Source: an uncultured Acidobacteriota bacterium
Lineage (GTDB): Bacteria; Acidobacteriota; Vicinamibacteria; Fen-336
Direction of reading: 5' to 3'
NCBI GenBank assembly: GCA_963720545.1
Contig: OY970399.1
Coordinates: forward strand, 3,680,001-3,744,000
DNA: 64,000 bases
This document shows, in pieces, positions 45,982 through 55,583 of the stretch. Both the position numbers and the translations under genes were made by a program. The notes under the pieces are model-generated. The model did not search any database and was not told where the DNA came from. It saw only the letters and a list, made by a program, of their open reading frames with translations. Position 1 is the first letter of the stretch. Every line of letters starts with the position of its first letter.

Positions 45982-47589
45982 GTGATGCTGCTCAGGGTGG
46001 TGGTCGTCACCACCCTGCTCGCGAGCGCCATTTACATCGAGTCGACGTGGGAGCCGGTTCGCGCCTTCAACCCGTTCTACCTGCTCATTATCGCCACCTA
46101 CCTGGTGACGCTCGGTGCGGTGATGCTGCTGCGCCTGGGTGCGGCGCCAGCGACAATCGCGTTCGTCCAGGCCACGTTCGACCTGTTCTTCGTCACGAGC
46201 CTCGTTTATCTGGCCGGCGTGTCGGAGCCACGGTCGGGATTCATCGTCCTCTACCCGCTCGCCGTGCTGGCGGCAGCAACGCTGATGCCGCCGCGGGCTG
46301 CCATCACCATCGCAATAGCAGCAGTGGTGGCTTTTGTAGCACTCTACGTGTCGCTCGGTGCGGGCTACCTGCCCGGTTATGGCGGTTCCACCGGCGGTCG
46401 CTTTCCGGGCACCCGCGTCCTTCTCTACTCGACCATCATCCTGGCGGTGTCCTGTGTCGGCGTCGCATGGATAGGTGGATATCTCATGGAACGGCTACGC
46501 GCCGCCGGCGCGAGCCTTGAACTCGCAACCGACCAGGTCTCGAGCCTACGGGAACTGAACCAGGCCATCGTCGCGAGCATCCACAGCGGCCTGATGACGG
46601 TGGATGCCGAAGGACGCATCCTGTACGTCAACGACCGGGGCGCTGCAATCCTCGAAGCCGACCGCAGGAGCCTGCGCGGCAGCTTGCTTGCCGTGGTGCT
46701 GAAATCTCCCCATTTCGAACCCGCCCTGCTCGAGGCGCGAGTTGAGCAGCGACTCGGACGAGACAGAACAGAGGTGGCGGTTGGACTGGCGGAGCGAGGC
46801 ACGCTGGTGCTCGGGTTGTCGGTCGCTCCGTTGACAGCCGGCGACCCGGCGCTTGGCCGCTATCTCGTCACCTTTCAGGACCTCACCGACATCAAGAAAC
46901 TGGAGAATGAGTCGCGCATCAATGAGAAGCTGGCTGCCATTGGCGAGATGGCGGCTCAGCTGGCTCATGAGATTCGCAATCCGTTAGGTGCGATCAGTGG
47001 TTCCGCGCAGGTGCTGCTTCGCGAAGATGGCGTTGGCGAGGAGCAGGCTGAACTCTTGAACATCATCCGGACCGAATCGAAGCGCCTCTCGGACGCCCTC
47101 AACCAGTTCTTGCGGGGCGCGCGGCCTGCTGGATCTTCGTTTCAGCCGATCGACCTCGGACCCGTCGTCGAGGAGACAGTCGCCCTGCTGCGAAACAGCC
47201 CTGAACTTCTGCCCAGCCACTCGATCCAGTCCGACATCGCTCCGGGGCCTCACATCTGCCTCGCAGATGCCGACAGCATCAAGCAGGTGGCGTGGAACCT
47301 GGCGCGCAACGGAATCGAGGCGATGCCCGCAGGGGGTTGCCTCAGGGTAAGCGTCGCATCGAGCCCGGACGAAGTGACGTTCAAGGTCGCGGACCAGGGC
47401 CGGGGCATCGACGCTGCGACCGCGCATCGGCTGTTCGAGCCGTTCCACACAGGCTCGAAGGGAGGCACCGGAATCGGCCTGGCGATTGTCTATGCGATCG
47501 TCAAGGAGCATCGTGGCCGCATCACCATTCGTAACCTCGATCGCGGAGGCGCGGAGGTGGACGTGCGACTGCCCGGACCAGCCAGTTGA
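45982..47589 (+). CDS. pilS: Sensor histidine kinase PilS (start may be slightly upstream)
   Basis: Multi-TM N-terminus; PAS; AHEIRNPL, DQGRG, FEPF, GTGIGL. Confidence 0.88.
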   Translation: MMLLRVVVVTTLLASAIYIESTWEPVRAFNPFYLLIIATYLVTLGAVMLLRLGAAPATIAFVQATFDLFFVTSLVYLAGVSEPRSGFIVLYPLAVLAAATLMPPRAAITIAIAAVVAFVALYVSLGAGYLPGYGGSTGGRFPGTRVLLYSTIILAVSCVGVAWIGGYLMERLRAAGASLELATDQVSSLRELNQAIVASIHSGLMTVDAEGRILYVNDRGAAILEADRRSLRGSLLAVVLKSPHFEPALLEARVEQRLGRDRTEVAVGLAERGTLVLGLSVAPLTAGDPALGRYLVTFQDLTDIKKLENESRINEKLAAIGEMAAQLAHEIRNPLGAISGSAQVLLREDGVGEEQAELLNIIRTESKRLSDALNQFLRGARPAGSSFQPIDLGPVVEETVALLRNSPELLPSHSIQSDIAPGPHICLADADSIKQVAWNLARNGIEAMPAGGCLRVSVASSPDEVTFKVADQGRGIDAATAHRLFEPFHTGSKGGTGIGLAIVYAIVKEHRGRITIRNLDRGGAEVDVRLPGPAS

Positions 47590-47635
47590 GTCCGCGCCTG
47601 AGGGCCGTGACAATCGTGACCACGGAACGAGCCAT

Positions 47636-49003
47636 ATGAGAAACGTGCTGGTCGTCGACGACGAGGCGTCGCTGCGCGATGTCCTCGGCATTGCGCTGCG
47701 CAAACAAGGCTACACGGTGCAGACAGCCAGCAGCCGGGAGAGCGCCGCGAAAGCGCTCGCGGCCGGTCCCGTGGACCTCGTGCTCACCGACGTGCGGCTT
47801 CCGGACGGCGACGGCATCGAGATCTTGCGGCACGTCAAGTCGGCGTCACCTGACACCGTCGTCATCGTCATGACGGCTTTCGGATCCACCGAGAATGCGG
47901 TTGCTGCGTTGAAGCTCGGAGCCTACGACTACCTGATCAAGCCGTTCGACATCGATGAGCTGCAGATCGTCGTTGGCAACGCATTCGAGCGCCAGGAGCT
48001 CAAGTCGCAGGTCTTGACGCTGCGCGACCAGCTCAAGGCTCGCGCCGACTTCCAACGTGTCATCGGCCGCTCGGCCGTCATGGCTCGGGTGATCGAGATC
48101 GCGCGGGCGGTGGCGTCTACCAGTTCCACGATACTGCTGACGGGGGAGAGCGGCACCGGCAAGGAAGTGCTGGCGAAGGCGATTCACCTTGCTTCGCCGC
48201 GGCGGGAGAAACCGTTCGTTTCGATAAATTGCGGGGCCTTGCCCGAGAGCCTGCTCGAAAGCGAGCTGTTTGGCCATGTCAAGGGAGCGTTCACCGACGC
48301 GCACCAGAACAAGAAGGGCTTGTTCGAGGCCGCACACCTGGGGACGATTTTTCTCGACGAGGTGGGTGAGATGCCGTTCGCCATGCAGGTGAAGCTGCTG
48401 CGCGTGCTGCAGGAACGCACCATCCGCCGGGTTGGCGACCAGGTCGAGATTCCCGTGGATGTGCGGGTGATCGCCGCCACCAACCGTGCGCTCGAGAAGA
48501 TGGTGCGCGACGGCACGTTCCGCAGCGACCTTTACTATCGCCTCAACGTCATACCGCTGCCGATCCCGCCGCTGCGCGAACGCAAGGAAGATATTCCACT
48601 GCTCGTCGACCATTTCCTGCGGCTGTTGGCAGTCCGTATGGAGAAGACCGCGCCGGTCATGGCGCCGTCGGAGCTCGGCACCCTGCAGAGGCACGACTGG
48701 CCGGGGAACGTGCGGGAACTCGAAAACCTGCTGGAACGCGCCCTCGCGCTGGAAGTCTCGCCAGCAGTGCTCCTCGAAGAAGCTCAGCCCGCGCGAGCAT
48801 CGCCGCCAGAGTCGTCCCTTCAGCCCGCAATCTCGGAAGGCTTCAGTCTCGATGGATACCTTGCATCGGAGGAGGCGCGACTCCTCAGGCGAGCACTGGA
48901 GCAGTCCGCTGGCGACCGTGCTGCGGCAGCGCGCTTGCTTGGTGTGAACGCCCGGGGACTGCGTTATCTCATTTCAAAACATCCGGAAACCGAAGGGTCG
49001 TGA
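47636..49003 (+). CDS. pilR: sigma54-dependent response regulator PilR
   Basis: REC domain; GESGTGKE, GAFTDA, WPGNVRELEN; C-terminal HTH; directly upstream of pilA. Confidence 0.92.
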   Translation: MRNVLVVDDEASLRDVLGIALRKQGYTVQTASSRESAAKALAAGPVDLVLTDVRLPDGDGIEILRHVKSASPDTVVIVMTAFGSTENAVAALKLGAYDYLIKPFDIDELQIVVGNAFERQELKSQVLTLRDQLKARADFQRVIGRSAVMARVIEIARAVASTSSTILLTGESGTGKEVLAKAIHLASPRREKPFVSINCGALPESLLESELFGHVKGAFTDAHQNKKGLFEAAHLGTIFLDEVGEMPFAMQVKLLRVLQERTIRRVGDQVEIPVDVRVIAATNRALEKMVRDGTFRSDLYYRLNVIPLPIPPLRERKEDIPLLVDHFLRLLAVRMEKTAPVMAPSELGTLQRHDWPGNVRELENLLERALALEVSPAVLLEEAQPARASPPESSLQPAISEGFSLDGYLASEEARLLRRALEQSAGDRAAAARLLGVNARGLRYLISKHPETEGS

Positions 49004-49010
49004 CGTCAAT

Positions 49011-49035
49011 TGTCGGCGTGCGACAATATTTGTCG
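49011..49035. promoter_or_regulatory. Candidate PilR upstream activating sequence
   Basis: TGTCG (49011)-N5-CGACA (49021)-N5-TGTCG (49031), ~70-95 bp upstream of the -24 element. Confidence 0.55.
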
Positions 49036-49102
49036 CGCCGGTGACCGTTCATCAAGATGGTGTAAGTATATGTGTTTAAAGGCTTTAAACGTTACACAAA
49101 CC

Positions 49103-49119
49103 TTGGCATCTGCCTTGCT
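49103..49119 (+). promoter_or_regulatory. sigma54 (-24/-12) promoter of pilA
   Basis: TTGGCATCTGCCTTGCT; GG(49105-6)-N10-GC(49117-8). Confidence 0.85.
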
Positions 49120-49179
49120 CTATAGGTCCCCGTGCCGCCGATTGAGCGGCCCAAGACGGAGTCAAAGGAGACTCTAACC

Positions 49180-49719
49180 ATGAAGAACCAAAAGGGCTTT
49201 TCGCTCATCGAGCTGCTGATCGTTATCGTGATCATCGGGATCATCGCCGCGATCGCGATCCCCAGCCTTCTCCGCGCCCGCGTGTCCGCCAACGAGGCAG
49301 GCACCATCGGCGACAACCGAACGGTTTCGTCGGCCATGGTCGCCTACAGCTCGGCCAACGGCGGGTTTTTCGACAACGTGTTCACCTGTTTGTCCGCGCC
49401 GACCGGTTGCATCCCGAGCTATCCGGCTACCGCCCCGACGTTCCTCGACACCTCGCTTACGGCCAGCCCGCTTGCGAAGTCTGGTTACACGCGGGTGTTC
49501 ACGGGCGACGCCACGGCCGCGGGCCTCAACGTCCTTGTCAACTCCCCCACGAGCACCGGTATGTACTGCTACGATTCGACTGCGGTCGCGCAGAACAGCA
49601 CGGGCGTGCGCTCCTTCAGCACCGACGCTTCGGGAAAGATTTGCTTCGACCCCGCTGGCGCGGCCATTGGCTGCGTTCCTGCTACCGGTCTGCCCGCCGC
49701 CTGCACGGTGCTTCCGTAG
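49180..49719 (+). CDS. pilA: Major type IVa pilin
   Basis: AAGGAG RBS; MKNQKG^FSLIELLIVIVIIGIIAAIAIP; six Cys; own sigma54 promoter and terminator. Confidence 0.93.
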   Translation: MKNQKGFSLIELLIVIVIIGIIAAIAIPSLLRARVSANEAGTIGDNRTVSSAMVAYSSANGGFFDNVFTCLSAPTGCIPSYPATAPTFLDTSLTASPLAKSGYTRVFTGDATAAGLNVLVNSPTSTGMYCYDSTAVAQNSTGVRSFSTDASGKICFDPAGAAIGCVPATGLPAACTVLP

Positions 49720-49746
49720 TCTGTAGTCGCCGATCGTCGCAGTGTT

Positions 49747-49773
49747 GGGGGGCTTCGGCCCCCCTTTTCTTTT
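49747..49773 (+). terminator. Intrinsic terminator after pilA
   Basis: GGGGGGC-TTCG-GCCCCCC followed by TTTTCTTTT. Confidence 0.88.
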
Positions 49774-49874
49774 GCTGCTCCTCGAAGCGTTCGCGAGACA
49801 GTCGCACGAGGAAACTGGCTGCGCTTCGCGGACTTTGTTCCGCCGTTCAAGGCCGCTAAGATCCAAAATCACCG

Positions 49875-50825
49875 ATGAACGCCATTGAGATCGCAGGCCT
49901 CTCGAAGTCCTATCGAGTTGGCACCTTTGGTTCCAAGCGACGCGCTGTGCTGCAGGATCTGAGTCTCGCCGTCCCATCGGGTGAAATCTTCGGATACCTT
50001 GGGCCCAATGGCTCCGGCAAGACGACCACGCTCAAACTGATCATGAGCCTGATCCGTGCTGACGCCGGCACGATCCGCGTGCTCGGCGTCCCCTTCCAGG
50101 ACCCCAGTTGGCGCGCCCGCGCTGGATACATGCCGGAGAATCCCTATCTCTACGACTACCTCACGCCAACGGAGTACCTGGACTACGTGGGCCGGCTCTT
50201 CGGTCTCGCTGCGTCCACCAGGCGTGAACGATCTGGCCGCCTGCTGGATCTTGTGGGCTTGGGGCCATGGGCGAAAGCGCCTCTTGGTCGTTTCTCGAAA
50301 GGAATGCTGCAGCGTGCCGGCATCGCCCAGGCGCTGATGAACGATCCCGACATCGTGTTTCTGGACGAACCAATGTCCGGCCTCGATCCGATTGGCCGAC
50401 GTTTGATGCGAAACATCCTTCTCGAGCTGCGGTCGTCGGGCAAGACGGTCTTCTTTTCAACCCACATCCTCTCCGACGCTGAGAACCTCTGCGACAGCGT
50501 TGCCGTCCTTGCGGCGGGGCGACTGCTGCGAGCCGGGCGAATCGACGAGATCGTGAAACTCGACATTTCACATTTTGAAGTCCTGACCAGCGGACTTGCG
50601 GGGAACGCCCCAGGAGAACTCCCGGCCAGTGCCCGCGTGCGAACGATGGCTGATCGCTGCGAGATCGCCGTTCCGGAACAGGACCTGCCCGTCGTTCTGC
50701 GAGTCGTCGACAAGCTTGGAGGACGCGTTCTGGCGGTCAATCCAGTACGACAGTCGCTCGAGGACTATTTCGTCGACCAGGTGCGTGACTACGAGGGAGC
50801 GGAGCCAACGTGGACGGCAGACTGA
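49875..50825 (+). CDS. ABC transporter ATPase (Myxococcus PilH-like)
   Basis: GPNGSGKT, FSKGMLQR, LDEPMSGLD. Confidence 0.9.
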   Translation: MNAIEIAGLSKSYRVGTFGSKRRAVLQDLSLAVPSGEIFGYLGPNGSGKTTTLKLIMSLIRADAGTIRVLGVPFQDPSWRARAGYMPENPYLYDYLTPTEYLDYVGRLFGLAASTRRERSGRLLDLVGLGPWAKAPLGRFSKGMLQRAGIAQALMNDPDIVFLDEPMSGLDPIGRRLMRNILLELRSSGKTVFFSTHILSDAENLCDSVAVLAAGRLLRAGRIDEIVKLDISHFEVLTSGLAGNAPGELPASARVRTMADRCEIAVPEQDLPVVLRVVDKLGGRVLAVNPVRQSLEDYFVDQVRDYEGAEPTWTAD

Positions 50826-51586
50826 ATCGCTTCCTGGCAGTCGCTGCGAATACCTTCCGCGAAACCGTTCGTGAGCGGGTTCTCTACAACCTGGTTTTGT
50901 TCGCTGTCCTCATGACGTTGTCCGGGCTCCTCATGAAGGAGTTGTCGATCCGCCAGGACGAGAAGATCGTCAAGGACATCGGTCTCGCCGCCATGGAACT
51001 CTTCGGGATCGTGATCGCGCTCTTGATGGGAGCCGGCCTCGTATCCAAGGAAGTCGATCGCCGTTCTCTCTATCCGCTGCTGGCGAAGCCGCTCAGCCGC
51101 GGTGAGTTCTTTTTGGGCAAATTCACCGGCCTCGCGTTCACCATACTCGTCAACCTTGCCGCGATGACCCTGGGCCTGTTCGCTACATTGCGCATCACGG
51201 GTCACGCGTTCGACCTGGAACTGTTGAAGGCAATCGTTCCCCTCTATGTCGGGCTGTTGCTCATCGTCGCCCTTACTCTGTTCTTCTCCACGATCACCTC
51301 GATGGTACTGACTGTCGTCTTCACGACGTGTCTGGTGATCGCCGGCCGGTACTCCGACATCATAAGGAACATGCAGGAAGTCCTGCCCGGTGCCCCCGGA
51401 TGGATCACGCGGGCTCTCTATTTCGCGCTGCCGAACTTCGCGAACTTCGACTTCAAGAGCCGCGTCGCCCACGGCGACATCGTGCCGTGGACCGCCGTCG
51501 CTGCCGTTGTTCTCTATGGACTGGTCTACGTCCTCCTGGCGCTGGCGGCCGGTGTGGCTCTCTTCAGGCGCAAGGAGTTCCGGTGA
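50810..51586 (+). CDS. ABC transporter permease (PilI-like)
   Basis: NTFRETVRERVLY, KEVDRRSLYPLLAKP, LPNF; multiple TMs. Confidence 0.85.
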   Translation: MDGRLNRFLAVAANTFRETVRERVLYNLVLFAVLMTLSGLLMKELSIRQDEKIVKDIGLAAMELFGIVIALLMGAGLVSKEVDRRSLYPLLAKPLSRGEFFLGKFTGLAFTILVNLAAMTLGLFATLRITGHAFDLELLKAIVPLYVGLLLIVALTLFFSTITSMVLTVVFTTCLVIAGRYSDIIRNMQEVLPGAPGWITRALYFALPNFANFDFKSRVAHGDIVPWTAVAAVVLYGLVYVLLALAAGVALFRRKEFR

Positions 51587-52455
51587 ACTGGGAAAAGCCC
51601 TTGATCGCCCTGTTGGCTCCGCTCGTCGTATTGTCGCAGCAGGCTGTGGACCGAGATCTCGGTGGATTTCGCGCCCAGCACGAATCGCTCTATCTCTGGT
51701 CGGGTGAGCAGATCAAGCGGTTGGCGCCTGGCTTTGAGGACATCCTGGCCGACGTCTATTGGTTGCGTACGGTTCAGTACTTCGGCGGCCAACGAGCATA
51801 TGCCGAGGGCAGGTCGTTCGAGCTCCTTCGCCCGCTCGTGGATATCACCACAACGCTGGATCCACGGTTGGGCATCGCCTATAAGTACGGCGCGGTCTTC
51901 CTTGCCGAGCCCAGGCCCATCGGTGCTGGCGACGCACCAGGCGGCATCGCCCTTCTCGAGAAGGGAGTGGCCGCAAACCCGGTGGACTGGCGATTGCGAC
52001 AAGACCTGGGCTTCTTCCATTTCCTCTATCTGCACGACGGCGCGGGAGCTGCCCGGATATTGAACGAAGCGGCCGAAATAAGCGGTGCGCCGTACTGGCT
52101 GCGGACACTCGCCGCCCAGCTTGCGGCCCAGGGTGGGGAACGGGATGCGGCGCGCTCGATGTGGCAAGCCATGGCAGCGCAATCTGAACCCGGTCCAATC
52201 CAGGAGAATGCCAGGATGAACCTGGATATCCTCGCCGCGCTCGATCTAAGGGACTCTCTCCAGGCTCACGTGAACAGGTTCGAGTCCACGTTCGGTCGGC
52301 GGCCGTCGTCGCTTGACGAACTCGTGCGCGAGCGTGTCATTCGCACCGTCCCGGTCGATCCGTCCGGGATACCGTACGCGTACGATGCAGGGTCGGGTCG
52401 AGTCCACCTCGCACACGACTCCAGGCTCTATCGTTCTCAGTACGAACGGCCGTAG
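51583..52455 (+). CDS. TPR-like accessory protein (Myxococcus PilG-like)
   Basis: ADVYWLRTVQYFG, TTLDP, C-terminal DPSG..Y; lies between ABC permease and pilD. Confidence 0.72.
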   Translation: MNWEKPLIALLAPLVVLSQQAVDRDLGGFRAQHESLYLWSGEQIKRLAPGFEDILADVYWLRTVQYFGGQRAYAEGRSFELLRPLVDITTTLDPRLGIAYKYGAVFLAEPRPIGAGDAPGGIALLEKGVAANPVDWRLRQDLGFFHFLYLHDGAGAARILNEAAEISGAPYWLRTLAAQLAAQGGERDAARSMWQAMAAQSEPGPIQENARMNLDILAALDLRDSLQAHVNRFESTFGRRPSSLDELVRERVIRTVPVDPSGIPYAYDAGSGRVHLAHDSRLYRSQYERP

Positions 52456-52458
52456 CCG

Positions 52459-53238
52459 ATGGGCGCATCGCCCATGTTCGCGGTGAGTTGCTCGTTGCTG
52501 CTCGGCGTGCTCATTGGCAGCTTTGCGAACGTCTGCATACACCGGATTCCGCTCGGTCAGTCGGTGGTGACGCCGCGGTCGCGCTGCCCGCGCTGCAGCC
52601 AGCCGATCGCCGGATGGGACAACGTCCCGGTGGTGAGCTGGTTGCTGCTTGCCGGCCGTTGCCGGCGCTGCCGCGAACCGATCGCGGGCCGCTATCCCAT
52701 GGTCGAAGCTGCCAACGGGGCGCTCTACGGCCTGCTCGCCGCGGTCCACGGTGTCAACGCACGCAGCGCCTTCGAGATGTTGTTGGTCACAGTGCTCATC
52801 ATCCTGGCGCTCATCGATCTCGATCACCGACTCCTGCCAGACCTCATCACGCTGCCGATGATCGCCGTTGGCATCGCCGCCGCGGTGCTCGTGCCGCCTC
52901 CGGGGCCGCTGGAGTCTGGGTTGTCGGCGGCGGCGCTGTATGTCGTCTTCGCGTTTATCGCGTCGGCCTACAAGAAGGCGCGTGGCATCGACGGTCTGGG
53001 GCAGGGCGATTGGAAGATGGCCGCCATGCTCGGCGCGTTTCTTGGATGGCAAGGCGCCTTGTTCGCGGTATTTGCCGGAGCCGTACTTGGCAGCGTGATC
53101 GGCGGGCTGTTCATCGCGCTGTCTCGCCGCGGCTCGCAGTATGCACTGCCCTTCGGCACGTTCCTGGCGCTCGGCGGTGTGGCCGCCATTTTCGCAGGTC
53201 AGCAGTTCCTCGCATGGTACAGCGGTCTCCTGGACTGA
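52459..53238 (+). CDS. pilD: Prepilin peptidase
   Basis: GSFANVCIHR, CPRC/CRRC, IDLDHRLLPD, GQGDWK, PFGTFL. Confidence 0.95.
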   Translation: MGASPMFAVSCSLLLGVLIGSFANVCIHRIPLGQSVVTPRSRCPRCSQPIAGWDNVPVVSWLLLAGRCRRCREPIAGRYPMVEAANGALYGLLAAVHGVNARSAFEMLLVTVLIILALIDLDHRLLPDLITLPMIAVGIAAAVLVPPPGPLESGLSAAALYVVFAFIASAYKKARGIDGLGQGDWKMAAMLGAFLGWQGALFAVFAGAVLGSVIGGLFIALSRRGSQYALPFGTFLALGGVAAIFAGQQFLAWYSGLLD

Positions 53239-53242
53239 AGCC

Positions 53243-54325
53243 ATGCACAGCGAACGGCGATCGCTGATCACTCTGCTGGTAGCGCTGCTCGTTGGCACGG
53301 GCGTTTTGTCGCTCTGGTCGTCCCTCAAACGCCATGCGCAGATCCGCCAGACGGCCTCGTCGTCGGAAATCCGCCGGCAGCTGCCTGCTGGCGCTCTTGC
53401 CAGGCTCGACCGCGCAGTCGAGGCGGACGCGCTGTCAATGCGCACCACCCTGATGCTGGAAGGACTCCTCATCGCCGGGGGACTGGCAGTCGCGGTCTTC
53501 GCCTTCGGCCGCGGCACTACCGCCGCCGGCCCGGAGGCCTCGCAAACCGCGCTGGATGCGTACGAAGAAGCCATGGAACGGATGCGCGACCAGCGCGCCC
53601 GGGAGGACGCACTGCATGAAGGCGAGATGCGGCGCTTCATGGAAACGCTCGCCGACAAGGAGACCATGGCTCGCGCCGGCGAGCTCACTGCGGGCATGGC
53701 GCATGAGGTGCGCAACTCGCTCAGCACGATCCAGGGCAACGCGCGCCTGTTGCAGCCGGGTGCAGCGGCGGCAGGGGCGCAGGAGTCGGTGGCTGCGATC
53801 CTCGCCGAGTGCGACCAGCTGCAGTCGTCCATCAAGTCGTTCGTCGATTTCATACGCCAGGAGAAACCCGAGTTCCTGCCGTTGGACCTGGAGCGCCTGC
53901 TGCGGCGGGTGGCCGCCCGCGAGCAGCGTGTCCGCGAGGGGCCCGCGATCGCGGTTCATGCCGCGGTGGCCCCCGGCGTCCTGCTCGCGGACGAAGGGCT
54001 CCTCGAGCGCGCCTTCGAGAACCTGGTTCGCAACGCTCGCGAGGCGGGATCCGGAAGCGGGCAGGTCGAGGTCCATGCGACGCAGGACGAGACCTACGTC
54101 ATCGTCGACGTAAAGGACGAAGGACCGGGGCCGTCGCCCGTAACGAGCGACCTCGGACGCCCCTTCGTCACCACCAAACCCGGCGGGCTCGGCCTGGGCC
54201 TGCCGACCGCCATAAAGATCATCCAGCTCCACGGCGGCACGCTCAGTCTCGCGAAGCGGGAGGATACTCGTGGGGCGGTAGCGCGTGTCCGGCTACCGCT
54301 TCCGATTGACCGTGTTGTTACCTAA
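53243..54325 (+). CDS. Sensor histidine kinase (2 TM, short loop)
   Basis: AHEVRNSL, NLVRNA, DEGPG, PFVTTK, GLGLGL. Confidence 0.88.
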   Translation: MHSERRSLITLLVALLVGTGVLSLWSSLKRHAQIRQTASSSEIRRQLPAGALARLDRAVEADALSMRTTLMLEGLLIAGGLAVAVFAFGRGTTAAGPEASQTALDAYEEAMERMRDQRAREDALHEGEMRRFMETLADKETMARAGELTAGMAHEVRNSLSTIQGNARLLQPGAAAAGAQESVAAILAECDQLQSSIKSFVDFIRQEKPEFLPLDLERLLRRVAAREQRVREGPAIAVHAAVAPGVLLADEGLLERAFENLVRNAREAGSGSGQVEVHATQDETYVIVDVKDEGPGPSPVTSDLGRPFVTTKPGGLGLGLPTAIKIIQLHGGTLSLAKREDTRGAVARVRLPLPIDRVVT

Positions 54326-54407
54326 GGTATCACCAGTAGCCTGCGGCTGAGCGCAGTAGAACACTTTAAGTAACAGGTAACAATCGGCTTAGCCAGCGAT
54401 CGGTTGG

Positions 54408-54423
54408 CGGCACAGGTGTTGCT
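54408..54423 (+). promoter_or_regulatory. sigma54 promoter of the minor pilin/pilY1 operon
   Basis: CGGCACAGGTGTTGCT; GG(54409-10)-N10-GC(54421-2). Confidence 0.78.
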
Positions 54424-54435
54424 ATTACAGCAGCC

Positions 54436-55077
54436 ATGCACCTGACGAAAGGCCGCAGCGCTGTCCCCGAACGCGGGTTCTCCCTCGTCGAGCTCATCGT
54501 CGTCGTCTCGATCATTTGCATCGTCGCCGGGGTCATGGTTCCGCAGATTCTCACCTACATGCGCAACTACGAGATCCAGGCGGCCGCCCAGGAAGTGGCG
54601 TCGAGCATCCAGACGGCGCGCATGAAGGCGGTCGCCAAGAACGTCAACCTCGGCGTCATGTTTGAGGTGCGCGACGACCGCAACTACGGGTGGGTAGTCG
54701 AGGACGACTTCGACACGGTGACCGTGCCGAACTGGACCACTGTCGCGGACGAGGCCGACTTGTTCCTGCCCGCCGGCGGACAGTCGCCGACGCTCTTGAG
54801 CCTGCCGACCGCGGTTGTGTTCGACCCTCCAGACGAATGCCAGGCGATCGGTGCGGCAGATCGGTACGGCCTTCGTTTCAACCGGCTCGGCAGTGCGTGT
54901 GCCATCGGAGCCACCGGTTGCGCGGTTCCCGGCGGCGCAGCCGCGCCGGACCCGTTCATCAACTCCGCGGCAGCGGGTTTCAACATCTGTTTGCGCCACA
55001 CGCGCACGGGACTACGTCGGCTGCTGACTATCAGCCAGAGCGGCCGCGTCACCTCGCGGCCGATTGGAGGCGCCTGA
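54436..55077 (+). CDS. FimT/FimU-like minor pilin
   Basis: ERG^FSLVELIVVV; ARMKAV; C-terminal ISQSGRV. Confidence 0.85.
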   Translation: MHLTKGRSAVPERGFSLVELIVVVSIICIVAGVMVPQILTYMRNYEIQAAAQEVASSIQTARMKAVAKNVNLGVMFEVRDDRNYGWVVEDDFDTVTVPNWTTVADEADLFLPAGGQSPTLLSLPTAVVFDPPDECQAIGAADRYGLRFNRLGSACAIGATGCAVPGGAAAPDPFINSAAAGFNICLRHTRTGLRRLLTISQSGRVTSRPIGGA

Positions 55078-55583
55078 TGCGCGACGAAAGCGGATTCACC
55101 CTGGTCGAGGCGCTCGTTGCCATCCTCATCTTCGCGGTCGGCTTGATGGCAGTGAGCAACCTCATGCTGGTCGCGGCATCCTCGAACGTCGCTGCCAATT
55201 TTTCGTCGGCGGCAACCGCAGCGGCTGTCGAGCGTCTCGACATGCTGAAGAGCACGACGTACGAAAAGCTGGTCGAGGGCGAAGGCGGCAGCACCACAGC
55301 CGACGTCGGTGCGACGCTTGCGTGCGACTTCGACTCCGACCCGGCGGACGGCATCTACAACTGCAACCACGACGTCCCCGGCGTCGGCCAGATCCACGTG
55401 CGCTGGGCGATCGACGGCATGCTGCCTGGGCTCGACGGGCAGCCTACGGCGATGCGCATCACCGTCAGCGCGCAGGGCAACTCTCCGCTCACCGGCCCGC
55501 GCTCGCGCGCTCAATTCACCACCATCCGCTCGTGCACCAACTATCAGGCGGATCGGTTTCCCGCAACGTGTCCGGTTCAATGA
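55077..55583 (+). CDS. PilV-like minor pilin
   Basis: ESG^FTLVEALVAILIFAVGLMA. Confidence 0.85.
   Translation: MRDESGFTLVEALVAILIFAVGLMAVSNLMLVAASSNVAANFSSAATAAAVERLDMLKSTTYEKLVEGEGGSTTADVGATLACDFDSDPADGIYNCNHDVPGVGQIHVRWAIDGMLPGLDGQPTAMRITVSAQGNSPLTGPRSRAQFTTIRSCTNYQADRFPATCPVQ

Noticed and set aside
49180..49719. Electrically conductive (Geobacter-type short) pilin
   Set aside because: Mature pilin is ~173 aa with a full globular head, not the truncated type
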